This document shows positions 24,112 to 34,083 of a stretch of DNA of 60,005 nucleotides, one piece after another. Position numbers and translations under genes: made by a program. Under the pieces are notes generated by a model. The model was not told the origin of the DNA. It ran no database searches and saw only the letters and a program-made list of their open reading frames with translations. Numbering within the stretch: the first letter of the stretch is position 1; each line of letters opens with the position of its first letter. Source of the stretch: a virus (Duplodnaviria > Caudoviricetes); IMG/VR virus record IMGVR_UViG_3300042301_001108, positions 1 to 60,005 of that record; one strand, given 5' to 3'.

Positions 24112-24631
24112 CGGTAATTACCTCGCCTTTTCTAGCCACTTGGGATAGTCGTGACATAATCTTGTCACGTATTTCTGGATGTTCAGAAGCTACGTCTCTA
24201 AGAATATTAACTAGTATCTGTTGCTTCTCTTCAATCTCAATCATTTCTTCTGCAAGCTCTTGGTTTTCTAATAGCCCAGCCTTCTGAAGCATATCAATTC
24301 TTGTTTTTTCAATGTCCATGACTAGCTTGATGGCACCATTTTTTGCACTTAAGTTTGCTGTTGTAGTAGCATCGTCAATGACTTCGTATGCCTTGGCAAT
24401 AAGTTTGTTATAGTGTGTGTCAGCACCAACCAAAGCTTCTTTGGCACGTGCTCTAATAGCAGCATTGTCTGCAGCCATCTGCCTCCACTCTTCAATAAGT
24501 GCGACAACTCTTGTGCGTGGTAAGGCAAGCTCTTTTGAAATTTTTGTAGGGTCATTACCTTTTAGGTATTCTTCAACAACCTTGTTTACTTCATCAAGAT
24601 GTTTAACAAGTTGTTCCTCAGTCGTTGACAC
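24092..24631 (-). CDS. probable terminase small subunit (HTH plus helical region)
   Basis: Directly upstream of and overlapping terL; HTH-like N-terminus; GTG start at 24631 preferred. Confidence 0.55.
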   Translation of the reverse strand: MSTTEEQLVKHLDEVNKVVEEYLKGNDPTKISKELALPRTRVVALIEEWRQMAADNAAIRARAKEALVGADTHYNKLIAKAYEVIDDATTTANLSAKNGAIKLVMDIEKTRIDMLQKAGLLENQELAEEMIEIEEKQQILVNILRDVASEHPEIRDKIMSRLSQVARKGEVITVVHNNV

Positions 24632-24908
24632 GTTTTGCTCTCTTTCCCTTTTGCGGTATACGTTTAATTCTATCAGATTTAAAGCTTCTAAGTGCCCCAA
24701 TTTGACCACGGTTTATTTCAAAGCAATCAACCCACCGAGCACCAGTCTTAGCATTAGTTGTTATTCCATGCACCTTAAACCTAGAGCCATACTCACCCTC
24801 AACCTTTACTGTGTCACCTGCATTAATAATAAAACCATTTAGCTCAAAGCTAGACTCTGTGCTAAATTCTGTTGGAGATACTGGAGCTTCTCTCCTAACT
24901 CTAACCAT
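24618..24908 (-). CDS. SH3-like hypothetical protein
   Basis: GDTVKV...RFKV...WVDC beta pattern. Confidence 0.65.
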   Translation of the reverse strand: MVRVRREAPVSPTEFSTESSFELNGFIINAGDTVKVEGEYGSRFKVHGITTNAKTGARWVDCFEINRGQIGALRSFKSDRIKRIPQKGKRAKRVND

Positions 24909-25174
24909 TATACAGATCTTTCTTTTGCAATCTTAAGCAATATGAGGTATCCCAGTAGGTCGTCAATCTCGTTATCCCCTGGCCAGTCATGACCGTTTTG
25001 TATGCGTGAAAGCTTGTCGTCAATGCGAACAAGAAGTTGCTCTACGTTGTCTGCCTTTGAAAATATTCTTGAGGGATGCAGGGCCGAATCTCCATAAGAC
25101 CTATTCTTAGAAATCAACAATTCTTTTACTTGATCTGTAACTCTTTCAATATCTTTTTCTGTTTGTATGCTCAT
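24908..25174 (-). CDS. DUF1599 / nucleotide-modification-associated domain protein
   Basis: KNRSYGDS...RIDDKLSRI...DLLGY. Confidence 0.78.
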   Translation of the reverse strand: MSIQTEKDIERVTDQVKELLISKNRSYGDSALHPSRIFSKADNVEQLLVRIDDKLSRIQNGHDWPGDNEIDDLLGYLILLKIAKERSV

Positions 25175-25326
25175 CTTCTACTCTTCCTTAATCCAAATTT
25201 TGCTAGATAAACATAGATGGTTTCTATACTTGCTCCAGACTCTTTGGCAATTTCTTCTGGAGTCTTTTTGTCCACAAGATATCTCTTACGAAGCCAGACT
25301 TCAGAGGCATATAGTTTAGCAGCCAT
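25171..25326 (-). CDS. 51-aa HTH DNA-binding protein (not in ORF track)
   Basis: WLRKRY...TPEEIAKESGASIETIYVYLAKFGL; ATGA overlap with the next gene. Confidence 0.8.
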   Translation of the reverse strand: MAAKLYASEVWLRKRYLVDKKTPEEIAKESGASIETIYVYLAKFGLRKSRR

Positions 25327-25329
25327 TTT

Positions 25330-25908
25330 TTACTTTGTCAACTTTCCCCAATTATGGATAGCCCAGTGACCAATGCCAACAGCATCAGCCACATCATTGT
25401 CAATTATTGTTTTATCATAATAAGTATTAACAAACTGTATTGTTCTAACTTTTCTAATTTCTCTTGCTCTATTTTGATACCACACTTTAGACTTGTCTGG
25501 ATACTGCTCCATCAGCTCTTTCTTTTCTAGGGTTGTAAGTTTTGGATTCCCAATAAAACTTTGCCAACTAATTGGGTTTACAGAACCAGCAATTTTAATA
25601 CCCGAAATTCCTGCTGCACCAAGAAGGCTGCCTTGAACTAAAGCTAGATCTGCTGCAGTTTTTGGGCTATTAATAAATACTGTATGCTCAATAACTATGG
25701 AGTCTATATTAAATTTTTTAAAAAACGCATAACTTTTACGAGCAGCATCTTTTACTTTTGCATAAGTATTAGCACCCTGAAAATTAATTTTTCCAAAAGC
25801 AACCAAAGAAATGTCAGAAAAAATTGCAAATGCAAGGCTGTTGGTGCTGGCATCAATACTACAAATTGTTTTTGGTTTTTGATTACTCAGTGTCATCTTG
25901 ATACTCAT
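25330..25908 (-). CDS. RuvC-like Holliday junction resolvase
   Basis: SIDAS...VIE...DNDVADAVGI. Confidence 0.85.
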   Translation of the reverse strand: MSIKMTLSNQKPKTICSIDASTNSLAFAIFSDISLVAFGKINFQGANTYAKVKDAARKSYAFFKKFNIDSIVIEHTVFINSPKTAADLALVQGSLLGAAGISGIKIAGSVNPISWQSFIGNPKLTTLEKKELMEQYPDKSKVWYQNRAREIRKVRTIQFVNTYYDKTIIDNDVADAVGIGHWAIHNWGKLTK

Positions 25909-26182
25909 GAAAGAACATCCTTATTTGTTTAATTTTTTTATTTACTTCTTTACTATTTATGTAGCATACTGCACAATGTGTGTGTTCATTATACAACGAC
26001 AGCCTTGTTCCACATTTACCAGCACACATTCTGACCTTATTGTTACGCTTATGTCTTCTTGTTGCTTTATGTCTTTCAGCTATCTTTTCTTTAGTTGCCT
26101 CGTCACGACATTCTGCGGAGCAATATATTTGATAAGAAACTGCTCCATAAAAATAAGTGCTGCACCAACTACATTGTTTCAA
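25883..26182 (-). CDS. Cys-rich zinc-finger protein
   Basis: CxxC...YCSxxC...CxxxC...CxxC. Confidence 0.75.
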   Translation of the reverse strand: MKQCSWCSTYFYGAVSYQIYCSAECRDEATKEKIAERHKATRRHKRNNKVRMCAGKCGTRLSLYNEHTHCAVCYINSKEVNKKIKQIRMFFHEYQDDTE

Positions 26183-26960
26183 CTAGGGCCTCCAGGGATT
26201 TAATCTTTACAGACCCTACCCCTGCGTCAGCACACACCTTTGAAATTGGACAAGTCTTACAGATCTTAGAATTTGATCTATAATTTTTTGTTGGTAAGGT
26301 TTTGTCTACCCATGCCTTACGAACATCTCTCATCCACTGGAATGCACCATCTACCCATTGTCTATAATAATCATTTACTTCAACAGGAAGAATCAGCAAG
26401 TCGTGATTATTCTTGTTTTCATAAATAAGAACTGCTTTTGCTTTCTTAAGAATTTTCATGTAAATTAGAAGCTGAATAAGGTGGCCAGTCTTTGGCTTGC
26501 CAACTTTTTTGCGGTACTCAAAACCTTCCATCGGCATAGTTTTAATTTCGCCCAGGATGTCTTCACCTTCCCAGTTAAGAATTACATCTCCAAAACCAAA
26601 GATAGGTGGATCATTGGCAATAACCTTAAACTCAGAATCAACTAAGAAACCAGGAACGTTGCCCATAGCTTCCTGAATTCTTTCGTGGGACTTGGTTCCA
26701 GCGGTCATATTTGCACCACCATAAGCGTCTGCGTTATCTTCAAACACTGCACCCTCAAATGCTAGGTACCAGTATCTTGGACACTCTCCGTGAGAGTATG
26801 CTATTGTACTGGGTGCAAACGTTTTCTTTTGTGTAAACTTGTCTACACGATTAATAGTATATCCAGAGTTAATCTTTTCAATTAGCTCTTGGTTGTTTAA
26901 AAAGGATTTCTTTTCTGCAACCTTTTTAATCATAACTTCTTGTAAAAAATTTTTAGCCAT
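26169..26960 (-). CDS. Cas4/AddB-like PD-(D/E)xK exonuclease
   Basis: CPR...GTxxH...D...EIKT...QxxxY...CxxCP...C (four Cys). Confidence 0.88.
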   Translation of the reverse strand: MAKNFLQEVMIKKVAEKKSFLNNQELIEKINSGYTINRVDKFTQKKTFAPSTIAYSHGECPRYWYLAFEGAVFEDNADAYGGANMTAGTKSHERIQEAMGNVPGFLVDSEFKVIANDPPIFGFGDVILNWEGEDILGEIKTMPMEGFEYRKKVGKPKTGHLIQLLIYMKILKKAKAVLIYENKNNHDLLILPVEVNDYYRQWVDGAFQWMRDVRKAWVDKTLPTKNYRSNSKICKTCPISKVCADAGVGSVKIKSLEALVETM

Positions 26961-26996
26961 TATTATTTTTCTTTTCTCTTAGAGTTCTATTATACA

Positions 26997-27302
26997 CTAG
27001 CGAGTAATATACTTCAAGGCAGACACTAAACTATTTATAGATTCTGCAGCTGTGTAGTAAATGTTTTTCTTGCCACGATCTGACTTGTCCACGTTGGTCA
27101 TCCATGTAGCTTTAAAGGCCATCTTAGCTGCGATTGCTTGTAATCTTACAATCTCTACAGTTGCTACGTTTAACGGGATGTCTGGCTTAATAATTATCTT
27201 AGCAATAAAGGTTAGGGCTGTTGTAAGCTCTTCATCTTCCATATATTCGGCAATTTCTACCAAACCATTTACCATCTCTAAAGTTGTCTTATCTTGTTCC
27301 AT
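26997..27302 (-). CDS. hypothetical protein
   Basis: 101 aa, coupled ORF. Confidence 0.75.
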   Translation of the reverse strand: MEQDKTTLEMVNGLVEIAEYMEDEELTTALTFIAKIIIKPDIPLNVATVEIVRLQAIAAKMAFKATWMTNVDKSDRGKKNIYYTAAESINSLVSALKYITR

Positions 27303-27589
27303 TATCGTTCTCCCTCTATGAGTTGTTCTAGTATTCCTAATTCAATTATAGCAAGTCTTGTCTTTGGGCTACCCTCGCCAATTACGACAATGATAGCTGG
27401 ATCTTTTCCGTTCCTGATAGCATCAGTCGTAGCCTTAGCCCAAACATCTCTATTAAGAGTAAAAGATTTACCCACTTCTTTAAAGTCAATAACAAAATCC
27501 TCCCATGAGGCATCGCCCTTTTGGTTGTTTCTGCCTGAGTTTTTGTGCTGCTTGGCACCCAGTCGTTTACTTTCTGACTTCTCGCTCAT
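27302..27589 (-). CDS. Hjc-like PD-(D/E)xK endonuclease
   Basis: E...NSG...KGD...IDFKE. Confidence 0.7.
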   Translation of the reverse strand: MSEKSESKRLGAKQHKNSGRNNQKGDASWEDFVIDFKEVGKSFTLNRDVWAKATTDAIRNGKDPAIIVVIGEGSPKTRLAIIELGILEQLIEGER

Positions 27590-27773
27590 AATCTTTCTTA
27601 CTCTTTTTCTTTAGACTAACCCTAGACACATGTTTATTGGAGCACTGCCATGTTAGATCAAGTGTGTCAAACCACAGTCTTAGCTGGGAAACTTCCTCTT
27701 TACATCTTTGGCATATGAATTTGCCAGGGAATGTTGAGAATGGTTTGTGGTTTTGTTCTTTAGGAGTTTGCAA
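27567..27773 (-). CDS. zinc-ribbon protein
   Basis: CQRC...CSNKH. Confidence 0.65.
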   Translation of the reverse strand: MQTPKEQNHKPFSTFPGKFICQRCKEEVSQLRLWFDTLDLTWQCSNKHVSRVSLKKKSKKDYEREVRK

Positions 27774-28770
27774 TTTTATCCTTAATTGAATCCTGTAGCT
27801 CTAGGTCTTCACGAACACGATTTACAAAGCCATCTCTACCCTGAACCTTAGAACCATCTGGAAGGATGTACCAGGCTCCTGTACGCTCTACGATACCCAT
27901 AAGCTCTGCAGTGTCAACTAGATCTCCTATGGCGTCTACGCCCACCATGTCGCCTCTGAAGTAAAAGTCGTATTCTCCAGACTGGAAGGCAGGGGATGTC
28001 TTTGAGAATTGAACTTCCCATCGTACTTTTCTTCCAACTTTTTCCTCAATAAGCTTGTCTCCTACAGCAATCTTACCCTTGATAGCCTGATTGTCAGACT
28101 CAGAGCTAAATAGTTTAATTACTGTTGAAGAGTAAAACTTTGTAGCTTGACCACCAGTTGGTTGCTGGCTTGTATACATCGCAGAAATGTTGTTACGGCT
28201 TTGGCTAATAAGAATAAACAGGGTTGGTTTCACCTTGTTATTGGCATAGTTAAGCATCTTCCAGGCGTTGCTAAAGTCTCTGGACTCTGCACCAATCTGT
28301 TTTGTGTTTTCTAATTCTTTTAGCTCGTCAGTACCCTTTTCAAAATAAATAGCTGGCAGCAATGATGTGATTGAGTCTACAACAATTAGGTCTACTCCAG
28401 CATTCATTAGTTGGGTTCCAACCTCTACCATTTCATTAATGGTTCTAGCCTGAGAAACAATAAGGTTTTCTGTATCTACACCCAATCTTTTAGCCCAGTC
28501 TTCAGAATAAGACATCTCAGCATCAATCCAAGCACAAAGCTTTCCCTCTTTTTGTGCTAATGCAATTGTCTGTAGGCATAGGGACGACTTGGCACTTGAC
28601 TTACTACCCCAAACCAAAACCTGTCTTCCATAAGGAAAGCCGCCATTTAAAGCACGGTTTAAACCAAAGCTTGGTGTGCTTTGATAATTAGTTACAAATC
28701 CTGCACCGTTGGATAAACGTTTTCTTAGCTTTGGATCTAATGCAGCAAAGGCTTCATCAATAGTAGTCAT
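27760..28770 (-). CDS. recA: RecA/UvsX-like recombinase
   Basis: LNRALNGGFPYGR, GSKSSAKS, WIDAE, VVDS, GGQATKFYSS, GAWY...QGRD. Confidence 0.92.
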   Translation of the reverse strand: MTTIDEAFAALDPKLRKRLSNGAGFVTNYQSTPSFGLNRALNGGFPYGRQVLVWGSKSSAKSSLCLQTIALAQKEGKLCAWIDAEMSYSEDWAKRLGVDTENLIVSQARTINEMVEVGTQLMNAGVDLIVVDSITSLLPAIYFEKGTDELKELENTKQIGAESRDFSNAWKMLNYANNKVKPTLFILISQSRNNISAMYTSQQPTGGQATKFYSSTVIKLFSSESDNQAIKGKIAVGDKLIEEKVGRKVRWEVQFSKTSPAFQSGEYDFYFRGDMVGVDAIGDLVDTAELMGIVERTGAWYILPDGSKVQGRDGFVNRVREDLELQDSIKDKIANS

Positions 28771-29096
28771 TAAAACTTTACCCCATGTCTCTCTGGTCTT
28801 GATTTATTAAAGCTGGTTTTGTTATTTATTGCTACCTGTAGTTCTTGATCTACATAACCATTTTCAGACAACCCCTCATACAAGTCAAGAGTTCTAATAA
28901 GAATGTCAGCCATCTCGTCAGCAACCTCTTGCTTACCCTTGTCTTTACGAATAGCCTCCATTACCTCAACCACTTCTGATACAATCATCATTAGTTGTTT
29001 GGCAATAAAAATATCATCTACCTTTTCTGGCCAAAATCCTTTTTCTACTGCTGTGGCATGAATACTTTTGCCCATGTCGTCTAGCGTATTATACAT
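28770..29096 (-). CDS. MazG-like NTP pyrophosphohydrolase
   Basis: SEVVEVMEAIRK...DEMADILIR. Confidence 0.87.
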   Translation of the reverse strand: MYNTLDDMGKSIHATAVEKGFWPEKVDDIFIAKQLMMIVSEVVEVMEAIRKDKGKQEVADEMADILIRTLDLYEGLSENGYVDQELQVAINNKTSFNKSRPERHGVKF

Positions 29097-32000
29097 TTAC
29101 ATCCTCCATAATTATTGTTCCATCTTTTGTTTTACCAAAGGAAAAGCTGTATGCGTTCCCCTCTTCAATCTTCATATATGCTTTTGCAAAGCTGGTTGGA
29201 AATACTGTAACGGAGTGTAGCTCACGAGCTGTGTCAGCTAACACTAGTGACGCCATCTTTTTTCCAGCTTTGGTTATGCGTGGCTTAAAAGACACCACAA
29301 ACATTTCGTCATCTTTGTATGGTAGCTGACGATAGCTTAGCATTTTTAAAAGACCGTTTGAGTGATTCCCAATTTCGTCAGCAGGGATAGCAGTAAGAAT
29401 CCTATTGTCGCTACATAAAATAATATAGGTTTTACCAGACTCAATAGCGGTTTGCTCTTCATCAAAGATGCCAACGCTTCCTGTCTTGTCTAGTATTTCA
29501 ACACGAGACCACCCCTTGCCACGCTTAATTGATTTTACCATACCCATTAAGATGAAAGACCCCTTTTCCTCAAAGTCACACACGTCATTAATAAATGCAT
29601 AGTAGTGTTGTGGAATAGAGTAGTTAAACTCTGGCAGGTTCAAGTACTCATAAAGGTTCTGTCTAATCTCTTCATCATTACGTGGGTTATCAGTAAATGT
29701 TGCACCACCAACAGCTCTTAGAGCAGCTAGAGCACGACTGTTGGCACCACTACCCTTTGTAAAAGTAAACTCTTCTAGGTGTTTATAGTCTCTGAAAGGA
29801 CGTGCAGCCATGTACTTGTTGGCAATGTTGTCGCTAATGTATTTAATTGCTGTTAGTCCAAACCTAATTCCCTTACCCTCAATTTTAAAGTCAGCATCAG
29901 AATCATTAATGTGTGGAAGCTTAACTGGTATATTCATACGCTTGGCCTCAATAAGATACTCAGTACGTGCATCCTTGTCGCCTTCGTTCTTTAATAGAGA
30001 ATACATGAACTCTAATGGGTGATAGTACTTTAGCCATGCGGTCCAGTATGATAGCGTTGAGTAGGCTACAGCGTGAGACTTGTTGAATGAGTACCCTGCG
30101 TGAGCCTCAAAGTCATGCCAAAGATCTTTAGCATCGTTTGGTGAGATAAACTTTGAAGCCCCCTCAACAAACCTGTCTTTAAAGATGTCAAACTCTTTTG
30201 CATCTTTCTTTTTACCAATAATCTTACGAACCTTGTCAGCATCAGCCATCGACATGCCACCAAGCTCTGTACAAGCCTGCATAACCTGCTCCTGATACAA
30301 GATGCATCCATATGTTTCTTGTGTAAAAGCTTTCATGACTTGGTGGTGGTAGCTAATGTTTTGCTTTCCGTGCTTACGAGCAATGTAGTCTTTACCAATA
30401 GTGTTCATGGCACCTGGACGAACGAGTGCGTTAGATGCTGCAAGTTCTGCAAAGTTTTTAACACCCATTCTAACTAGCAGGTTAGTATATGGTGCAGCTT
30501 CACACTGGAACACACCCTTTGTGTGACCGTCAGAAAGCATGCGATAAATGTTGGCATCTTCCATATTTATTTTATGAAGATCAATACGCTTTGCCCCTTC
30601 ACGTTCTTGAATAATCTTTAGGGTATCTTGAATAACAGACAGAGTCTTTAGACCTAGTGCATCAATCTTAATAAGGCCAATACGCTCTGCTTCTGCCATG
30701 TCTACTGCTACCACTGGGATACGTTCTTTTGTTCCTGGTGCCGTGCGAGTTTCCATAGGAGCAAACTTAAAGATGGGTTGCTTGGATGTTACAACACCAG
30801 CAGCATGAATACCAGTGCCACGAATACGACCACGAAGCTGCTCTCCATACTTTTCAATCTCTGGATACTTTTCACGGAACCACTCAGTCTGTTTTGATGT
30901 GCAGTAGTCATCCCACGTGTCTACAAGTTTCATAACTTTGTTTACGTCTGTTAGCGGTATCTGCAATACACGTGCAATGTCACGAACAACACCTTTGTCT
31001 TTGAACTGCAAGAATGTTGCAATAGATGCTACGTGGCGATACTGTCGTACCAAGTAATCTTTTACTTCGTCACGACGGCTGTCCTGAATGTCAGTATCAA
31101 TATCTGGAAAGTCATTACGTTCTGGATTAATAAAACGGAAAAACAAGAGTCCATGCTGAATGGGATCAATGTCTGTAATCTCTAGGGCATAGCAAAGCAA
31201 AGACCCAGCAGCCGAACCTCGTCCTGGGCCAACCATAATATCTTCTTTCTTTGCCCATGCAATCATAGAGCGAACAACCAAGAAGTAGGGACCAAAGTTT
31301 TTATCCTTGATAATTTTAAGCTCTTCTTCCAGGCGGTCTAGATATTCTTGCTTATCTGCTAAGCCCTTAACCCTTAGTCCCTCAAGTGCCAAAGACTTCA
31401 GCTCTCCGTCTGGATCTTTATACTGAACTGGTAGCAAGTCTGCGTGGTCCTTGATGTTGTAGTCTTGAATCTTATCTACAATTTCAAGTGTAGCCTCAAA
31501 CATGTCTGCACGATCAATGCCTTGTGCTGCCATCGCTGACTTCATTTCTTCATACGAAAGCAAGTGAATCTCAAACTTATTAAATGACATTTGACGGTCT
31601 GCACCATATAAATAATCTAGCTTTTCCATCAAGCCATCTAGCTTCTTTGCTTTGTCATACGTAGCATCTTTTTCAGGCTTGCTAGAGTATGAGTTAAGAA
31701 TAAGCTTTAGCTCTTGGATTTCTTTTTGTGATGGATCAGAGTGGTGGCAGTCTGGAGTTACTACTGGCTTAATACCAAACTCATCTGCAAGCTCTAGAAT
31801 AATCTTGTTAATTTCTGGTGGGTTGTGTGGCATAACTTCTAGGTAGTAGTCATCGCCAAAAGTTTCTTTACACCACTTAATGTGGTCTTTAGCATAAGCA
31901 AGCTCATCAGCTTCAATAGCTTTTGCTAGTACCCCAGACAAACAGCCAGAGGTAATAATTAGGCCATCTTTGTACTGCTCCAAAACCTTCCAGTCAATAC

Positions 32001-32367
32001 GTGGCTTTTTATAAAAACCTTCTGTCCATCCAATTTCATTAAGCTTGTTTAGATTCTCTAGACCATTTGCATCTTTAGCTAGAATGATAAGGTGGTTATA
32101 GTTTAGGTCTAGTGGGTCATTCTTTTCTTTCTTGTCTGTGTGGTCAAGACGGTCTTTAGTTATATAACCCTCAATTCCAAGAATTGGCTTGATACCTTTT
32201 TCTTTTGCAGCACGATACATTTCACGATGACCAGACAAAGAGCCGTGATCGGTAATTGCGATGGCTGGCATACCTAGCTCAGCTGCACGGTCTACGTACT
32301 CCTGTGGCGTTGCAATTCCATCAAATAGAGAGTAGTGGGTGTGAACGTGTAGTCCAGCGTAGTTCAT
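29089..32367 (-). CDS. dnaE: DNA polymerase III alpha subunit
   Basis: PHP domain LHVHTHYS/ITDHG, GRGSAAGS, FPDIDTD, YSFNKSH. Confidence 0.97.
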   Translation of the reverse strand: MNYAGLHVHTHYSLFDGIATPQEYVDRAAELGMPAIAITDHGSLSGHREMYRAAKEKGIKPILGIEGYITKDRLDHTDKKEKNDPLDLNYNHLIILAKDANGLENLNKLNEIGWTEGFYKKPRIDWKVLEQYKDGLIITSGCLSGVLAKAIEADELAYAKDHIKWCKETFGDDYYLEVMPHNPPEINKIILELADEFGIKPVVTPDCHHSDPSQKEIQELKLILNSYSSKPEKDATYDKAKKLDGLMEKLDYLYGADRQMSFNKFEIHLLSYEEMKSAMAAQGIDRADMFEATLEIVDKIQDYNIKDHADLLPVQYKDPDGELKSLALEGLRVKGLADKQEYLDRLEEELKIIKDKNFGPYFLVVRSMIAWAKKEDIMVGPGRGSAAGSLLCYALEITDIDPIQHGLLFFRFINPERNDFPDIDTDIQDSRRDEVKDYLVRQYRHVASIATFLQFKDKGVVRDIARVLQIPLTDVNKVMKLVDTWDDYCTSKQTEWFREKYPEIEKYGEQLRGRIRGTGIHAAGVVTSKQPIFKFAPMETRTAPGTKERIPVVAVDMAEAERIGLIKIDALGLKTLSVIQDTLKIIQEREGAKRIDLHKINMEDANIYRMLSDGHTKGVFQCEAAPYTNLLVRMGVKNFAELAASNALVRPGAMNTIGKDYIARKHGKQNISYHHQVMKAFTQETYGCILYQEQVMQACTELGGMSMADADKVRKIIGKKKDAKEFDIFKDRFVEGASKFISPNDAKDLWHDFEAHAGYSFNKSHAVAYSTLSYWTAWLKYYHPLEFMYSLLKNEGDKDARTEYLIEAKRMNIPVKLPHINDSDADFKIEGKGIRFGLTAIKYISDNIANKYMAARPFRDYKHLEEFTFTKGSGANSRALAALRAVGGATFTDNPRNDEEIRQNLYEYLNLPEFNYSIPQHYYAFINDVCDFEEKGSFILMGMVKSIKRGKGWSRVEILDKTGSVGIFDEEQTAIESGKTYIILCSDNRILTAIPADEIGNHSNGLLKMLSYRQLPYKDDEMFVVSFKPRITKAGKKMASLVLADTARELHSVTVFPTSFAKAYMKIEEGNAYSFSFGKTKDGTIIMEDVNV

Positions 32368-32401
32368 GAAAGTCCTTCGTTAGTTGAATAAAGTTTTGGG
32401 A

Positions 32402-32428
32402 TGGGCAGTTTTAGGAGATGCCCAGCTC
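32402..32428 (-). ncRNA. candidate H-type pseudoknot motif, copy 2
   Basis: GAG-CTGGGCAT-CTC-CTAAAAC-TGCCCA; see findings. Confidence 0.45.
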
Positions 32429-32434
32429 AACTTT

Positions 32435-33100
32435 TTACCAGTCAGCGTTGCTAGTGGTTGCAGCACCTGGGCCATCAAAGCCTAGGTAGAAGTTTTCCTG
32501 CTCTGCATATGGAACATGACGAACAACCTTGTCTAGGTTGAATGGCTCATGCTTTGACCAATCAAATGGTTCAGAATCTGGTGTGGTTGGAATTAGTGTG
32601 TAGTTGGTCTCAATACCCTGACCATTACGCTTTAGCTTCCATACCAAGTTAGAAATGCTTCCAGTTTCAAGTGCATATTCACGGATAGTGTCAAATGCAG
32701 ACTGCTTGGAGATTCCCTGTGACCATACGGCTACATATGGCTCTTCAATGCCATCGTCAATAATCACGTTGCAGTAGAAGCGAAGCCTTGCTCGCCATCC
32801 TGCCTTTGGATCTTTACGGTGCATCTCTTCTGCCCAGTCACGTCCTTCTGACTCCATAGTGTCTAGGGCCTTACGCTTGTAATCCTTTGGATTAGTGTGT
32901 TCTTTTACAACAACAGCTAGACCACGGTCTGGGCTGTAGTTTGCTGAGTCCTGATCTAGCTCTTCAACAAAACGAATCTTTACTGACTGTCCGTCTGCTA
33001 GCTTTACCCAACGGACCTTTGGTCCTGTTGCTGATGGGTCTGAACTTGGCTTGCTATCTAGTAGTGCATTAATGTTTTTTAGTCCTTTTACAACGCTCAT
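32435..33100 (-). CDS. single-stranded DNA-binding protein (gp32-like)
   Basis: KLADGQSVKIRF...KRNGQGIETNY; aromatic C-terminus; position between primase and polymerase. Confidence 0.75.
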   Translation of the reverse strand: MSVVKGLKNINALLDSKPSSDPSATGPKVRWVKLADGQSVKIRFVEELDQDSANYSPDRGLAVVVKEHTNPKDYKRKALDTMESEGRDWAEEMHRKDPKAGWRARLRFYCNVIIDDGIEEPYVAVWSQGISKQSAFDTIREYALETGSISNLVWKLKRNGQGIETNYTLIPTTPDSEPFDWSKHEPFNLDKVVRHVPYAEQENFYLGFDGPGAATTSNADW

Positions 33101-33139
33101 ATTTTTGTGTTCTCCTATTTTTTATATTGTGTTGGTTTC

Positions 33140-34078
33140 TTATTGTAGCATAGACATGATTGAGTTGTCAAATCTATACTCTAGTGTTTTTATTGTTTCG
33201 TCATCCATGTCTCCAATATCTTTGTACTTGGCATCAATCTTGATTACAGAAATACGAGAGCCAAGCTTATCTATTAGCTTTTGCCTCATTGTATTTCCAG
33301 CTTCATCGTTATCAGCAAGAAGAATAATATTATTAAAATACTTCTTCAGCAAGTCCATTTGTATATTAGATACCATGGATCCTAGAGTTGCCACTGCTGG
33401 CAGCCCCACCTGATCAAGTCTTATCGCATCAAAAGATGACTCAACGACATAGACCCTATCAGAAGTCTTTACCCTATGTAGGTTAAATAGTGTTTTGCTT
33501 TTTGGTAGTCCTGGGGTATTCTTAAATTCTTTACCCTCGACAGAGCGACCAACAAATCCAATGGTCATTCCATCTGGAGAGGCAACAGGGATAGTTACCA
33601 TATCTTGTTTTTCTGAAAAGCCAAGAGAAAACTTTTTGACAGACTCTTCTGTGATAAGTCTACCTGCATAGTAACGCATGGCACGTGGAGACTCCAATGC
33701 CTGATTGTTTAAACGCTTTATGATTAGCTCGTCATACTGAACGTACACTGGTTTTTCCTGTAGTTGTTTTTCAATATCGTATGCAAGGTCTGCCATAGTT
33801 TCTTTACTCTTTATGAAACGTGCAGCTTCAAAATATGATCTACCAGAATTATGCATAACTAGCTCAATTAAGTCAGCTATTTTTTGGCAAGCAAAGCAAA
33901 AGAAAACTCCTGTAATCTTATCTACCTCACCTGCTGGGGTACGAGAATTATTATGAAACGAACAAAAGATAATATAATCAGATTCAATCTCATTCATTAT
34001 TTCAATGCCTGAGCCAATAAGTACACGCTTAATTTGTTCTGCCGTATATGTTGTTCTTGAATTCTTTTTGTTGTTCAC
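33140..34078 (-). CDS. dnaG: DNA primase (CHC2 zinc finger plus TOPRIM)
   Basis: CSFH...CFAC; VVESSFD; DNDEAG. Confidence 0.92.
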   Translation of the reverse strand: MNNKKNSRTTYTAEQIKRVLIGSGIEIMNEIESDYIIFCSFHNNSRTPAGEVDKITGVFFCFACQKIADLIELVMHNSGRSYFEAARFIKSKETMADLAYDIEKQLQEKPVYVQYDELIIKRLNNQALESPRAMRYYAGRLITEESVKKFSLGFSEKQDMVTIPVASPDGMTIGFVGRSVEGKEFKNTPGLPKSKTLFNLHRVKTSDRVYVVESSFDAIRLDQVGLPAVATLGSMVSNIQMDLLKKYFNNIILLADNDEAGNTMRQKLIDKLGSRISVIKIDAKYKDIGDMDDETIKTLEYRFDNSIMSMLQ

Positions 34079-34083
34079 TCTTT

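Noticed and set aside
24632-24709. N-terminal 26 aa of the 205-aa ORF call
   Set aside because: It overlaps the upstream gene deeply; GTG at 24631 after a purine-rich tract fits better
26169-26960. Cas4 as evidence of a CRISPR-Cas system
   Set aside because: No other cas genes or repeat-spacer array are visible; solo Cas4-like nucleases are common in phage recombination modules
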